Of a DNA stretch of 64,000 nucleotides, positions 40,501-52,070 are shown one piece after another; positions within the stretch are counted from its first letter, which is position 1; the number at the start of each line of letters is the position of its first letter. The DNA is from Stegostoma tigrinum (lineage: Eukaryota). Location: assembly GCF_030684315.1 (NCBI RefSeq), contig NC_081383.1, positions 43,261,138-43,325,137 on the forward strand, given 5' to 3'. A program made the translations under genes and the position numbers. The notes below the pieces were generated by a model that ran no database searches, was not told the DNA's origin, and saw only the letters and a list, made by a program, of their open reading frames with translations.

Positions 40501-41356
40501 GTGATTGCAAGCTGCTGTTTAATACCGTGCTTCATTTTGTTTTTAATAAAAATACAGACTGCAACACACACTTTCTAAACAGCAATGCAAGACAGGTTGC
40601 TTTTTAAATACAGCAGTTTCCAAATGTGGGAAATTTTGCACTTTTATTTTTAAAAAACATTTTGCTGCCTTCACGATGGGTATGGTTGCATTTCCAATAG
40701 TTGGCAGACATAAACCAGGCAATATTCTATTAGGCATCACAACAGCTGTCAGCAACATTCCAGAATGGCAATGTCTACTACTTAATGATTGTACATTTCT
40801 GTCCACCAGCCCACATGCCCAGCTAAACCCCCCTCCCCACACCCAACACAAACATACAAAGAAAAAAAAATCTACTGAAAAGTCTGATTGTAGGCAAGTT
40901 TGAAACATTATGCTGCAGAAGCACTTGACCTTCAGTCTCCGCCACACAAATCCAGGCCTGTATTCACAAAAAGCACAAATGCAAAGTGTTTTATCTAAAA
41001 TTCAGGGGCTAGGGAATTTTTGGTGCATATACTGCATAAGCTTTTGTGAATACAGGCCCGTACCAGCCCCTGCCCACCCCCCAACCACCAAAACTGACTA
41101 GTCATAATGAGTTGTTATTTATCACCTAGTATAGACTGACCAAAGGGATACTGTATCTGATTTGTTTAAATATGTGCTTTCCAACGCTGCACTTCACAAT
41201 GCTGATACCACCAGGTAATACACACTAGGCTGGGCCTCACCATTAACCACCCACTGCAGATAGAGGGAGAGAGGTTGGGTTCTGAATAGAAGCGTGGGTG
41301 GGAGAATGGAAGGGGAGATGGGGGAGGGGAAGAGGAGGAAGAAGGGGAAAAAAAAA
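37530..41356 (-). other. Putative long 3' UTR of RAD23
   Basis: About 3.8 kb after the stop codon with no recognisable TE, in an otherwise TE-dense window. Minus-strand poly(A) hexamers at 40643-40648, 40542-40547 (ATTAAA), 38189-38199 and 37554-37559. Confidence 0.55.
37554..37559 (-). terminator. Candidate distal polyadenylation signal (AATAAA) of RAD23
   Basis: Minus-strand AATAAA followed by a U/GU-rich tract (tagttttgtttttttagt), near the end of the TE-free block. Confidence 0.5.
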
Positions 41357-41470
41357 TCATTCATCATCAAAGTTCTGCTGGAGAAGGAAGTTTGCAGCGA
41401 GGTTTTCATTCTTCTCACAAGCGAAGTAGGCTTGAATGACAAGTCCCTCAGGGAAACCCAGTGCCTTTAA
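41357..41470 (-). CDS. RAD23: RAD23 last coding exon, UBA2 domain and stop
   Basis: ttcttgtttcag|TTA AAG GCA ... GAT GAT GAA TGA; 114 nt, [37 protein letters not shown]. Confidence 0.98.
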   Translation of the reverse strand, partial: LKALGFPEGLVIQAYFACEKNENLAANFLLQQNFDDE

Positions 41471-41841
41471 CTGAAACAAGAAGAAAAAAAATTGTTTATA
41501 GTTAATTATTGATCCCAATCTTTCCACCCACCTTCACAGGAGATAAATGCCAAAAAACAAAAACACACTAAGTAGACAAGCCTCTGTTGCTAAAGGCAGG
41601 GAGCAGGTGTCTATAATGACTGTATTCAACATATTCCCAACCACTGACTGGAGCAAGTAACACTGAACAAAACTCATGCTTGAAGGGCAAGGAAAAACTC
41701 AGCAGAACATGTAGAGACCCAAAAGTAGTATGAAGATCTTAAAGTAAGATGAGAACAGAAGACTAGTATTTTGACAGCCATTAACAAGTAACAGACATCC
41801 AGAGTGTGGCACAAAGTGTTAGGGAACTGCGCCTGTATTTT

Positions 41842-42198
41842 TGGGGAGGCACTGACCTAGTGGTATTATTGCTGGACTGTTAACCCAGATGCCAGGTAAC
41901 GTTCTGGGAACTTGGGTTCAAAACCCTCCAGGGCAGATAGTGGAATTTGAATTTAATAAATATCTGGAATTAAGGGTCTAATGATGACCATGACTCCATT
42001 GCCAACTGTCAGGAAAACTCCATCTGGTTCACATGTCCTTTAGGGAAAGAAACTGCCATTCTTACTTGGTCTGGCCTATGTAAGACTCCAGGCCCAGAGG
42101 AATGCAGCTGACTGATATTGCCCACTGGGCGGTCAGGGGTGGGCAATAAATGCTGACTTAGCCAGCAATTTCTTTATTCCTTTAATGAATAAAAATAA
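41842..42198 (+). mobile_element. SacSINE1/Deu-domain-like SINE
   Basis: tRNA-like head (ctagtggta...gggttcaaa), central catctggttcac..gtcctttaggga core, and a gggcaataaatgctg...atgaataaaaa tail. Confidence 0.8.
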
Positions 42199-42894
42199 TT
42201 TTACACGGAGACTTCCCAATCTTTAACTTTTTGCTGGTTTGTTATGGGCCCAGTTAAGACTAAAATATTCCACTTAGGGATTAAATTGACTGCAGGGACT
42301 AAATTGAGGGCACAGTTATGTCAAGCCATTATTTAAACTGGACATGTTCTCAAAGAGAGAGATAATTGATAAGTGTTGGTTTTTGTATTATCATAATGTT
42401 TTCATCGTGTCAACTATTATACCTTGTCCAAAGCAATAAGACAGACGAGACACTTGAAAGGGATAAATTCAAGACTAATCTTGGGAATCAATATTTCAGT
42501 TAACAGGCAGCCTATATAATCAAGCTCAATGCAGAGGATTCAGAGGGGAAGTAAAAATGGAGTATGAGAAGGGACTGACAAATAAAATAAATCCAAAATG
42601 GGTATTTACACATCAAGAAAGAGGGTAAAACCCTGAAGTCCTGAGGGAGGACCAGTCTTTACCAAAGATGTTGCTGCTGCCCAAGTCATGGTGAAAGAGG
42701 ATAATTTAATGAGTTTGAAATCTGATGTGATGTTGGATGGGCAATCTGTACATAAAGTTGATGATTGGATGAGAAGTACCCAAGAGTAATAAGGAACTGA
42801 TCATGGACACTGAGGCGGCACTGGGCATAATCTTCTAAACCTCTCAAGATGCAGGGCGGTGTCAGGGTATTGTGAATGTTTGCTCAAAGGAAAA

Positions 42895-45010
42895 GTTTTT
42901 TTTTCTTAAATTCACTCACGTGAGATGTGGGCATTGCTGGCTGGCCAGCATTTATTGCCCATCCTTAGCTGCCCTTAAGGACGTGCTGAGTTGCCTTTGT
43001 GAATTGCTGCAGTGTGTGTGCTATAAGTGGATCCACAATGCCTTGAGGGAGAGAATTCCAGGATTGTGACCCAGCTACATTGAAGGAAAGGCAAAAACAT
43101 TTCAAAGTCAGGGTGGTGAGTGGCTTGGAGGAGAGCTTGCAAGTGGTAGTGTTCCCATGTATCTGCTACCATTGTCCTTCTAGATGGAAGTGGTTGTGGG
43201 TTTGGAAAGTGCTGTTTATAACCTTTAGTAAAATACTGCTGTGCATCTTGTAGATAGTAAACATTGATGTTACTGAGCATTGGCGGAGGAGGAAGTAAAT
43301 GCTTGTGGATGTGTTGCCAATCAAGCAGGCTAATTTGTACTGGATGGTGTCAAGCTTCTTGAATGGTATTGGAGCAGCACTCATCCAGGCAAATGGGGAG
43401 TACTCCATCACACTTCTGACTTGCCTTGTAGCTGGTGGACGGGCATTCAGGAGTCAGGAGATGAGTTACAGTATTCCTCACCTCTGACCTGCTCTTGTAG
43501 CCACATTATTTACATGGCTGGTCTAGCTGAATTTCTGCTCAATGGTAATCCCTAGGATGTTGATAGTGGGGGAATTCAGTGATGGTAATGCCACTGCATG
43601 TCAAAGGTAGTGGTTAGATTGTCTCCTATTGCTCGGTATTTGTGTGGCACAAATGTTACTCGCCATTTGTCAGCCCAAGCCTAGATGTTGTCCAAGGCTG
43701 ATGCATTTGAACATGGACTGCACAATTCACAACTCCTCAAATACCAAGGCAATCAATGAACATTCCCCCTTCTGACCATATGAACAGAAAATCATTTGAA
43801 GCAGATCACTGGGCCTAGGACACTTCCCTGAGAAACATCTGGCATTTGTGTGGTGGGAATATTTCTCGTCACTTCTCAGCCCAATCCTGGATATTGTCCA
43901 GGTCTTCTGCACTTAAACATGGACAGTTTCAGTAGCTGAGGATTCATGAATGGTGCCGAAGACTATTGGCAAACATCCCCATTTCTGACATTATGATGGA
44001 GAGAAAGTTCTTCATAAAGCAGCTGAAGATGATTGGGCCTAGGGCACTGAGAAACTCCTGCACAGATATCCTGCAGCTGAAATGTCTGATGCCCACCAAC
44101 CACAAACATGTTCCTATGTGCCAGTGACTCCAACCAAAGACTTTCCCCTGATTCCAGTTTTGTTAGGATTCCTTGAAGCTGCACTCAGTCAAATGCAGCC
44201 TTGATGTCAAGGGCTGTAATTCTCTCCTCACTTCTGGAATTTATCTTTTGTTCACGATTGAACCAAGGCTGTAATGAAGTCAGGAGCTGAGCGGTTCTAG
44301 TTGAGCCTAAACTAGGTGTCACTGAGCAGGTTACGGCGGAGCAGGTGCTGCTTGACAGCACTGTGATGACACATTCCACTTTACTGATGATCGAGTAGGC
44401 TGATGTGGAGGTAACTGGCTGGATTGGATTTGCACAGTCTTTTTGTGTGCAAGACATACCTGGACAATTTTCCATATAATTGGGTAGATGCCAGTGTTAT
44501 AGCTGTGTTAAAAAAAACTTGGCTGGGGATGTGGCACACCTGGATCACAAGTCTTCAGTACTATTACCAGGATGTTGACAGGGCACATAACCTTTGCAGT
44601 ATCCAGTGCATCCAACCATTTCTTGATATAACATAAGTGAATTGGTTTGGCTGAAGACAGGCATCTATGATGCTGGGGACTACTACTGGAAGCAGAGGTG
44701 GATCATGCACTCAATTTCTGGCTGAAGGTTGCAACTATCTTAGCCTTGTGTACCAGGTTCTTCCATCATTGAGGGTGAAAATATTTGTGGAGCTGTCTCC
44801 TCCTCCAGTGAATTGTTTGATTGTCCACCACCATTCATGACTGGATGTGGTAGGACTGCAGAGGCTAAATATGATTTGTTGTTCATGGGATTGCTTAGCT
44901 TGGTCTATCACTTGCTGCTTACGCTGTTTGTCATGCAAGGTGGTCAATTTGGTAGCTTCACCTCATTTTTAGATATGTCTAGTGCCGATCCTGACACAAC
45001 TTCCTGCATG
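42895..45010 (-). mobile_element. Decayed L2/CR1-group LINE(s), including the 3' end
   Basis: RT remnants (ALDIKAAFD, MEYSPFAWMSAAP..KKLDTIQ) and tail gggcaataaatgctggccagccagcaatgcccacat. Confidence 0.8.
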
Positions 45011-45299
45011 CTCCATTATATAGAACTCTGATCAACAATTATAAACCAGTCAGTTTAAGCTTGGTGGTGGGGAGCTTTTGGAAACAATGATTTGAGATAA
45101 AACTGATTTACTCCAATTATTTGAGAGCCAGCATAGATTAATTGAGGTCAATAATATGTAGTTTTTAGATGAAGTGACAGATAGACATATCTGAAAGTAA
45201 CGCACAATAGACACAAAGCAAAATTTAGGCTTCACGAACTGCTGTTTTTCCAGAAAATGAGGGACAAATTTTTTTAAAAACACGTTGGTTCATAAGAGA

Positions 45300-46395
45300 T
45301 ATGTACTTCCAGAGGAAGTGGTGGATGCGAGTAGTTACAACATTTAGAAGAAATTTAGGTAAGTACATGAATAAGAAGTGTTGAGAGAAATGGGTCAAGT
45401 GCAGACAGATGGGACTAGTTTAGGATTATGGTTGGCATGGACTGTTTGGACTGAAGGGTCTATTTCTATGCTGAATGACTGTGACTATGACAAGCGGGAG
45501 GATTTTAGTGGAGTTCCCCCATGCGTAGTTTGTGGAACCTTCCTTTTCCAGATACACTCATAATTTAGACCTAGTGCACAAGGTATAATTTTAAGAAGAA
45601 CAACGATAAACAGACTAGACAAGTTGTTTGAATATGCAAAAGATATGAAATTTAATGTAGAGAAGCGCGATGTGTTTCAATTTAGCAGTAAGAATGGGGA
45701 GAGACGACATAAAAGGTACAATTCTTTTTTAAAAAAAGGAGGCAAAGGTGCAGGGAGAAATGGAGGTATGTGTGCATATAAAATAATTGAAGGTCGCAAG
45801 AACGGTTGAAAACAATGATTGGTAAAAGGCGCGTAATCCTGGATTTATAAATTGGGACATAAAGGGCAAAATCAGTAAAGTTAAGATAAATCCTGCATAA
45901 AACAGTCATTTGGCCTCAAATGGAGCAGTACTTTCATCTCAGACATCATGCTTTAGGAAAGATGCAAAGGAATAGATAGTGTGCAGAAAAGATTTAAAAG
46001 AATTGCTTATGTGGATAGATGGGAGGGGTTGGTGGCATCTTCCTCGAAGAGAACGCTAAAAGTTGACTTGATAGTAATATTCAAAACTCATGATGGAGTT
46101 GGGTCAGTTGGATAGAAAATGCTCCACTGGTGAAAGATTGAGATTCAGAATAGGAATATGAGGAAGCCCCTCTTCAGCAGCAAGTAGTTAGAATCTAGAA
46201 TGAGGTGCCCGACAGCAGTGTAGAGGGAGATTCGGTCATAGCATTCAAAACGGGAATAGAACCATTATCTGCAAGAAATTCAGGGCTACACATAAAAGAC
46301 AGTAGCACTAGGTAACTTTATCTTTTGCACAGCTAGTAGAGACTCAATGGCCAAATGGCCCAGTTCTGCACCATAAATATTCTATCGTTCTTAAG
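45300..46395 (+). mobile_element. CR1 fragments
   Basis: 3' end with gaagggtctatttctatgctgaatgactgtgac, followed by an older ORF2 remnant. Confidence 0.65.
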
Positions 46396-47199
46396 TTTGA
46401 TGTGACCAGAAGAGCACAATTAGATACAAATTAACACCTAGACACTGGCACACGTGATTAAGAAACTGGTAAAAGATGCCCCTTTTAAGAACTGTCATAT
46501 AGGGGAGGGGGGCAGATTTAGGGAGAAAATTCCAAAACTTAAGATCTAGACAGCTGAAAGAGCAGCTGTCAATGATTCAGAGGATAAAGTTGCACAGGAT
46601 GCTAGATTTGGAGGAAGGCAAAGTTCTCAAAATGATTCCAGGATTGCAGTGATGTATAATTATTGTCTTCACTATAATCATAACCAAAGTAACACCAAGT
46701 CCTCTTTCTGCACTCTCACAACTACCTCTGTATACCCTGGGGAGAAATTCTTAGTTCTTTCCTATTTCTCACTTATATACTCTCCCTTGACAACAACATT
46801 CCAAGCCTTCTGACGTCGTGTTTACACCATTTCTAGAAGTACCTATTTTCTCCTCCCATAACATCAAGAGACTATGCCCCATTTTTGAACATCTGCTGCT
46901 GAGCCTTTATTCATAACTTCAGTACCTCTGGACTCCAATGCATGCCTGGAGCAGCTCTGACATGCTATGTACCCTTTCCGACTGGAGAGCATCCAAAACT
47001 CTGCTGCCCATTTCTTATGATTAGAAAAGCTTGAGAATAATTATTCCTACGTTGGTGGCTGCATTTTCAACTGTTTAGAACCCACGCTTTGGAATTCATG
47101 CTGTATACCTCTGTTTCTACCTCACTTGCCCCTTTAAAACACTTTAAAGAAATCTCTTCAAGCAAGCTTTTGGTCATCTGACCAAGTGGCTTGATGTCA

Positions 47200-47326
47200 T
47201 AGAGATAGTAGGAACTGCCAATGCAGGAGAATCTGAGATAACACTGTGTGAAGCTGGATGAACGCAGCAGGCCAAGCAGCAGAGGAGCAGGAAAGTTGAT
47301 GTTTCGGGTCGAGACCCTTCTTCAGA
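47200..47326 (-). mobile_element. 127-bp solo Penelope terminal repeat with 13-bp target-site duplication
   Basis: TGGCTTGATGTCA at 47187-47199 and 47327-47339. Core CTGAAGA-A-GGGT-ctcg-ACCC-GAAACATC at 47298-47325. Confidence 0.88.
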
Positions 47327-50300
47327 TGGCTTGATGTCACCTTTGCTTTATAACACTTCCATGAAGCGCCCGTGAAAATGACACTACGTTAAAAGGTGCT
47401 AAATAAATATGCCGCCACTGTTTGAGGGGTTTAGGGAGGTTAAAAAGAGGGAGGAGTGAGATCATGGAACAATTAAAACAAGAGGGTGAGAATGAAATAC
47501 AAAGATGTTGTACTGGGAGTCAATGTAGGTTAGAGAACATAGGGGTGACAGGTGATCTGAATTTCTTGCCTGTCAAGATATAGGCAAAGTTTTGGATGAG
47601 ACCAAGTCTACAAAAGGGTAGACGATAGAGTCCAATGAGGAATATATTTAAATATTCAAGTTTAGGGATAACATAAACTGAAATGAGGAGGTTAACAGAA
47701 TATTGTTCAAGGCAGAAGTGAAGTTGGACAATGCTTGAGGTAAAGGTTGTCAGTTTAAGTGACTGAGAGACTGTGGTCAAAAGCTTCAGTCAGGGTCAAA
47801 CAAGAACAGGTGAAGTTGGATTAATTTCCACCATCCTCAATTGCTGCAGCCTTCCTTGCATCATTTATCAATTTGTTTTAGATTAACTGATGGAAATTGG
47901 TGGTAATGATTAGTCAGCACCATTCATTGCCACAATGGTAAGGCAAATTAGCATGGGCTGTCACCTTTATTAACAATAATTCCTAACAAAATACCACATT
48001 GATATGACCACCACAAAGTCCCACCTTCCCAGTGAAGATATCCTTTAGTATTTCTAAGCTGCATAGCTGTGTATCTGCTGCTCATTATTCCACGCATGAT
48101 CATCAACGTCAGTATGCCAACCATGACATTGACTTCCAGTTCCAGAAGGCACTCCAACGCACAGGATTTAGAGGCCCAAGCAGCTGGAATGAGAAATAGA
48201 AGGAATGCTATCTCCACTCAGCATTCTCTGATGAGCTGTGTGGAATTACCACAATGCTGAATGTAACCAGTTTCAAACAAATTGAGCAATTAAAGACTCA
48301 GCACTTTGGAGGTGTAGTAAGACAGCTGCAAATCTCATTTAACCACAGTCCATAACCTCATGGGCTGGCACACCATCCCACTCTACCACTGCAACCAAGC
48401 CAGGGATCAACCGTGGTTCAGAGAAGGGCATCTCAGGAGCAGAACCAGGCATACCTAAATATGAGGTGTCAACCTGATGAAGCTGCAACACAGGAATATA
48501 AAAATCAGTGTTAGCAGCAAGCAACAGCTAGTAAAATTATACTACCAATGGATCAACTCCAAGCTCTGCAGTCCTGCCACATCCAGTGTTGAATGGTGGT
48601 GGGCAATTATATAATTAAATTTTCCAACCCTCAACAGTGGAAAAGCCCAAAACATCAACGTAAAATACAAGACTGAGGCATTTGCATCAATTGTCAGCCA
48701 GAAGTATCAAACATATCAAGAACGATCATTCCTAACAAAAAGGGAAACAGAAGATGCTAGAAACAATTGCAATCTCCTCAGGGGTGGTAAGGGATCCAAA
48801 TATTTTTACAAGCACAAACATTAAGGACAGAAATACTTGGAAAAAAAATACAGCAGTTATAATGCCACGGCAATAGAAAAGTAAATGTTTACATTTTGTA
48901 TTAGTGACATTCAGGACACGAAGATGATTTTCAGATTTTAGACAACAGAAACCTTGCAAAACTGACCAATTCTTGACTCTACAGGATTTATTCCACACCT
49001 GAGTATGAAGAACCAACAGCTGCCGGCTACGCTTTCTCTGCAATTTGGCACCAAACTGAGTTACACTCTTTCATTAAAATCTATAACAGCATTGCGGTTT
49101 CTGAAATCAAGAATCATACTCGTCAGCAATTGCACTCCTCAAACTAAACCTATCATATTCCACTAAAAAAATGACACACAGATGCTAGTTCATCTCAATT
49201 CTAGAAAGTAGAAGGATAAGCAATACAGCTAAAATTTGTTCTTTACACACTTACTCAATGCCTTACATTTAGTAGCTTCTGTACTGCTCATCCTCCTCTT
49301 TAACCAAAATGAAAGCGATCTTAAGACAAAATGGAAATGAGGTCCCTATTCTTAACTGTCAGTAAGCATCACTTCAGTTTCCACACATCAGGTGGAAAAT
49401 ATCTTACTGATGATGTACACAACACAAATTAATCCTGATAGAGATAGATACAGACCTGGAGGAACTCTTTTGGGCTATCAAGCGACAACAGCCAAATATG
49501 CACTCTGGCAAGAGGACTTACTTCGCAGTGGTAATGTGTCTATTCTGAGTTAGAAGGCCTGGATTCAAGTTGCACCTGTTCCAGGATTGTGTAATAAACA
49601 GATCTGACAGGTTGATTAAAAATGTCTATACTCTAGTAAACCTAACTATTTGGAACTTCTGCACAACTTTCTAGGTAAAATAGGTTGGGAGAGGGTCTCA
49701 CATGAATGAATAACAATCGATTAAATTTCATCAAGAGACATGGAGGTCTTTCCTTAGCAATAGAAATTGTTGGGCTGCTCCAGTATTATTCCTGTATGCA
49801 CCCACAGCCTCTAGCTTTGGAATAAATCAAACAGCAAGTGTTGCTCCGGGGTTACAGGAATCAATTCACACAGATCTGGGTTTTGAAAACCCAGGGTTGC
49901 ACCACTGTCCTTACTTCATTTTTTGACACTGTCATACAAAAATGCATTAGATAGACAGTTTAACTCTCGGGAATAATAACATTTCTAAGGTTTAGAGAGT
50001 CTGATTTACTTAGATAGGTACAGATACAGAGACAAAGTATCCAGATAAGTTGTTCATCCCATTTTGCTTCAGTTTTGGCACATATTTTTACTTTAATAAT
50101 TATTTTCAATAACTATGTAACAAATTCTCATTTTAAGCTTTAGCCTTGTACACGTTGCCTAAAGTGTAGATCAAAGTTTGTCATCTATATTTTTAAGTGA
50201 TGAATTTTCTATTGCACACATTTATCTTTACTGCATTTTTGTTTCCAAACCTTTCAGAATCATCGGATCAGCTATACAAGTAGCTCTCCTATAATGCGAT

Positions 50301-50533
50301 AGTTGGATTCCTTGTGCTATAGAAAATCACATTATAGTACAGCAGAAAGTTGTGTTATCCAAACAGTGTCCACTATTCATCAATCACATTATCGCCAATT
50401 TGCATTAATGAAACACGTGTTACAGCAGAACTACCTGTAGTCCTATTGAGCAGGCTCAAGTCTTTATTTCCGCTCCTGGATTGCATGCTCATATGCAAAA
50501 TAAAACACCCTCAGATTTTTAAAATTTACTTAC

Positions 50534-50677
50534 CCTTTCTATTGCTTCCTTCTCCTGGGGTGTAACCTGGATGTAGTTAGTGTGTGGTGACCCATGACCC
50601 TCTGCCCCTTCACTTCCAGCCTCTCCCAAAGGGTCATTCAACATCTGAACAAACTGCTCCTGATGCTGAGTTATTTG
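50534..50677 (-). CDS. RAD23: RAD23 coding exon (exon 9 equivalent)
   Basis: ttgcttttcag|CAA ATA ... GAA AGG|gtaagt; 144 nt, [48 protein letters not shown]. Confidence 0.97.
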
Positions 50678-51107
50678 CTGAAAAGCAATCAGAAACAATC
50701 AGTGCAATTTGCATACTGGGATACCATTCCAATCAACAAGTAACTCAACACAACATTAGAATAAAGTTTATTATTCCAAGAAAAATCACCATGTAGAATG
50801 TTTGTGTTTTTAAAAGCAATGGTGTGGTTATTTTGGAATGGATACTTCCTATTTCAAGCACTGAATGTCAACATTAAGCAGCATTAAGTCAGACACAGTT
50901 CCATCTGGAGGAAAAGTGATGCTCCTTTTACTTTACATCACAACATGCTTCATAATAGTAGTGACAGCACAACAGACAGCAATTTAGCCCATCAAATCCA
51001 TGCAGGCTGACTATAGCAAAATCCTACCAATTGCTTTCTTGCCCTTAGAATGGTTAACAAGATATGCTTTCCTCAAATGTTTCTACAGCTTCCTTAGTTT
51101 TAACAAC

Positions 51108-51400
51108 AGGGGAGGAGGTATCTTATTGTCAATGTCTCTGGACCAGTAATCCAGAACCCCAGAATAATATTCCAGGATATAGGTTCAAATCGCATCAGGA
51201 CAGCTCAAAAAATTTGAATTAAATAAAATTTGGAATTAAAAATTAGTCTAATGACAAACGTAATTTTTTTCTTTTACAAAAAGCCAATCCATCACTGATG
51301 ACTTTTACAGAAGGAGCACTGCTGTCCTTATCTGATCTGGCCTACACACAACTCCAGACCCACTCTTAAGTGCCCCCTGAAATGGCCTAGCAAGCCACTC
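51108..51400 (+). mobile_element. SacSINE1-like SINE or related LINE 5' head (decayed)
   Basis: Same head and core as 41842-42120, without the tail. Confidence 0.6.
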
Positions 51401-51860
51401 AGTGGTATCAAAACCACTACAAAATCTACCGAGCTACTGGAAACAACAACAGCAAACAGCAGCCACCTGGTAGCCATATGCATGGAAACATAGCTTTGCA
51501 GACAATATCCCAGTGACCATCACCACTATCCCTGTGTATACCTTGTCCCACTAGCAGCAGACCCACCATGAAGTTTTATGGCATCAGGTCAAATATGCGC
51601 AAACAAGTTTCTTGCTGATTAATACCTGCCACCAGACCTCAACTGACGAAAATCAGATGTCCTCCATGTTGAATTGCTACCCGATCAATATTGCCAAGGG
51701 CATAGATGTGGCCTGTGTGGGAACGTCAATATCCTTTAGCAAGGTGGCTCACTATTGCAATGGTGGACCGAGCTGTCAAGCCCTAAAAGGCAATTACTAG
51801 ACTAAGTCTGCAGTAGGTGGACAGGACTCCAAACAATTCAAACAGATCCAATAATTCAAA

Positions 51861-52070
51861 CACAGCAGGGTCAGCAGCATCAGCGGAGCAGGAAAGCTGA
51901 CATTTTGGTTTGGGACCCTTCTTCAGAAATGGGATTTCTGAAGCCACTTCTGAAGAAGGGTCCTGACCCAAAATGTCAGCTTTCCTGCTCCTCTGATGCT
52001 ACCTGGCCTGTGTTTCTCCAGCTCTACACTGTTGTCTCTGACTTCAGCATCGGCAGTTCTTACTATCTCC
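51861..52070. mobile_element. Inverted Penelope family B-related terminal repeat pair inside an L2-like LINE
   Basis: Arms at about 51862-51928 and 51948-52012; both hammerhead GAAA boxes are decayed to AAAA. Flanked by tccaa(a)caattcaaa-like repeats. Confidence 0.8.

Noticed and set aside
41842-41930. tRNA-like A/B boxes
   Set aside because: This is a SINE head with no complete cloverleaf.
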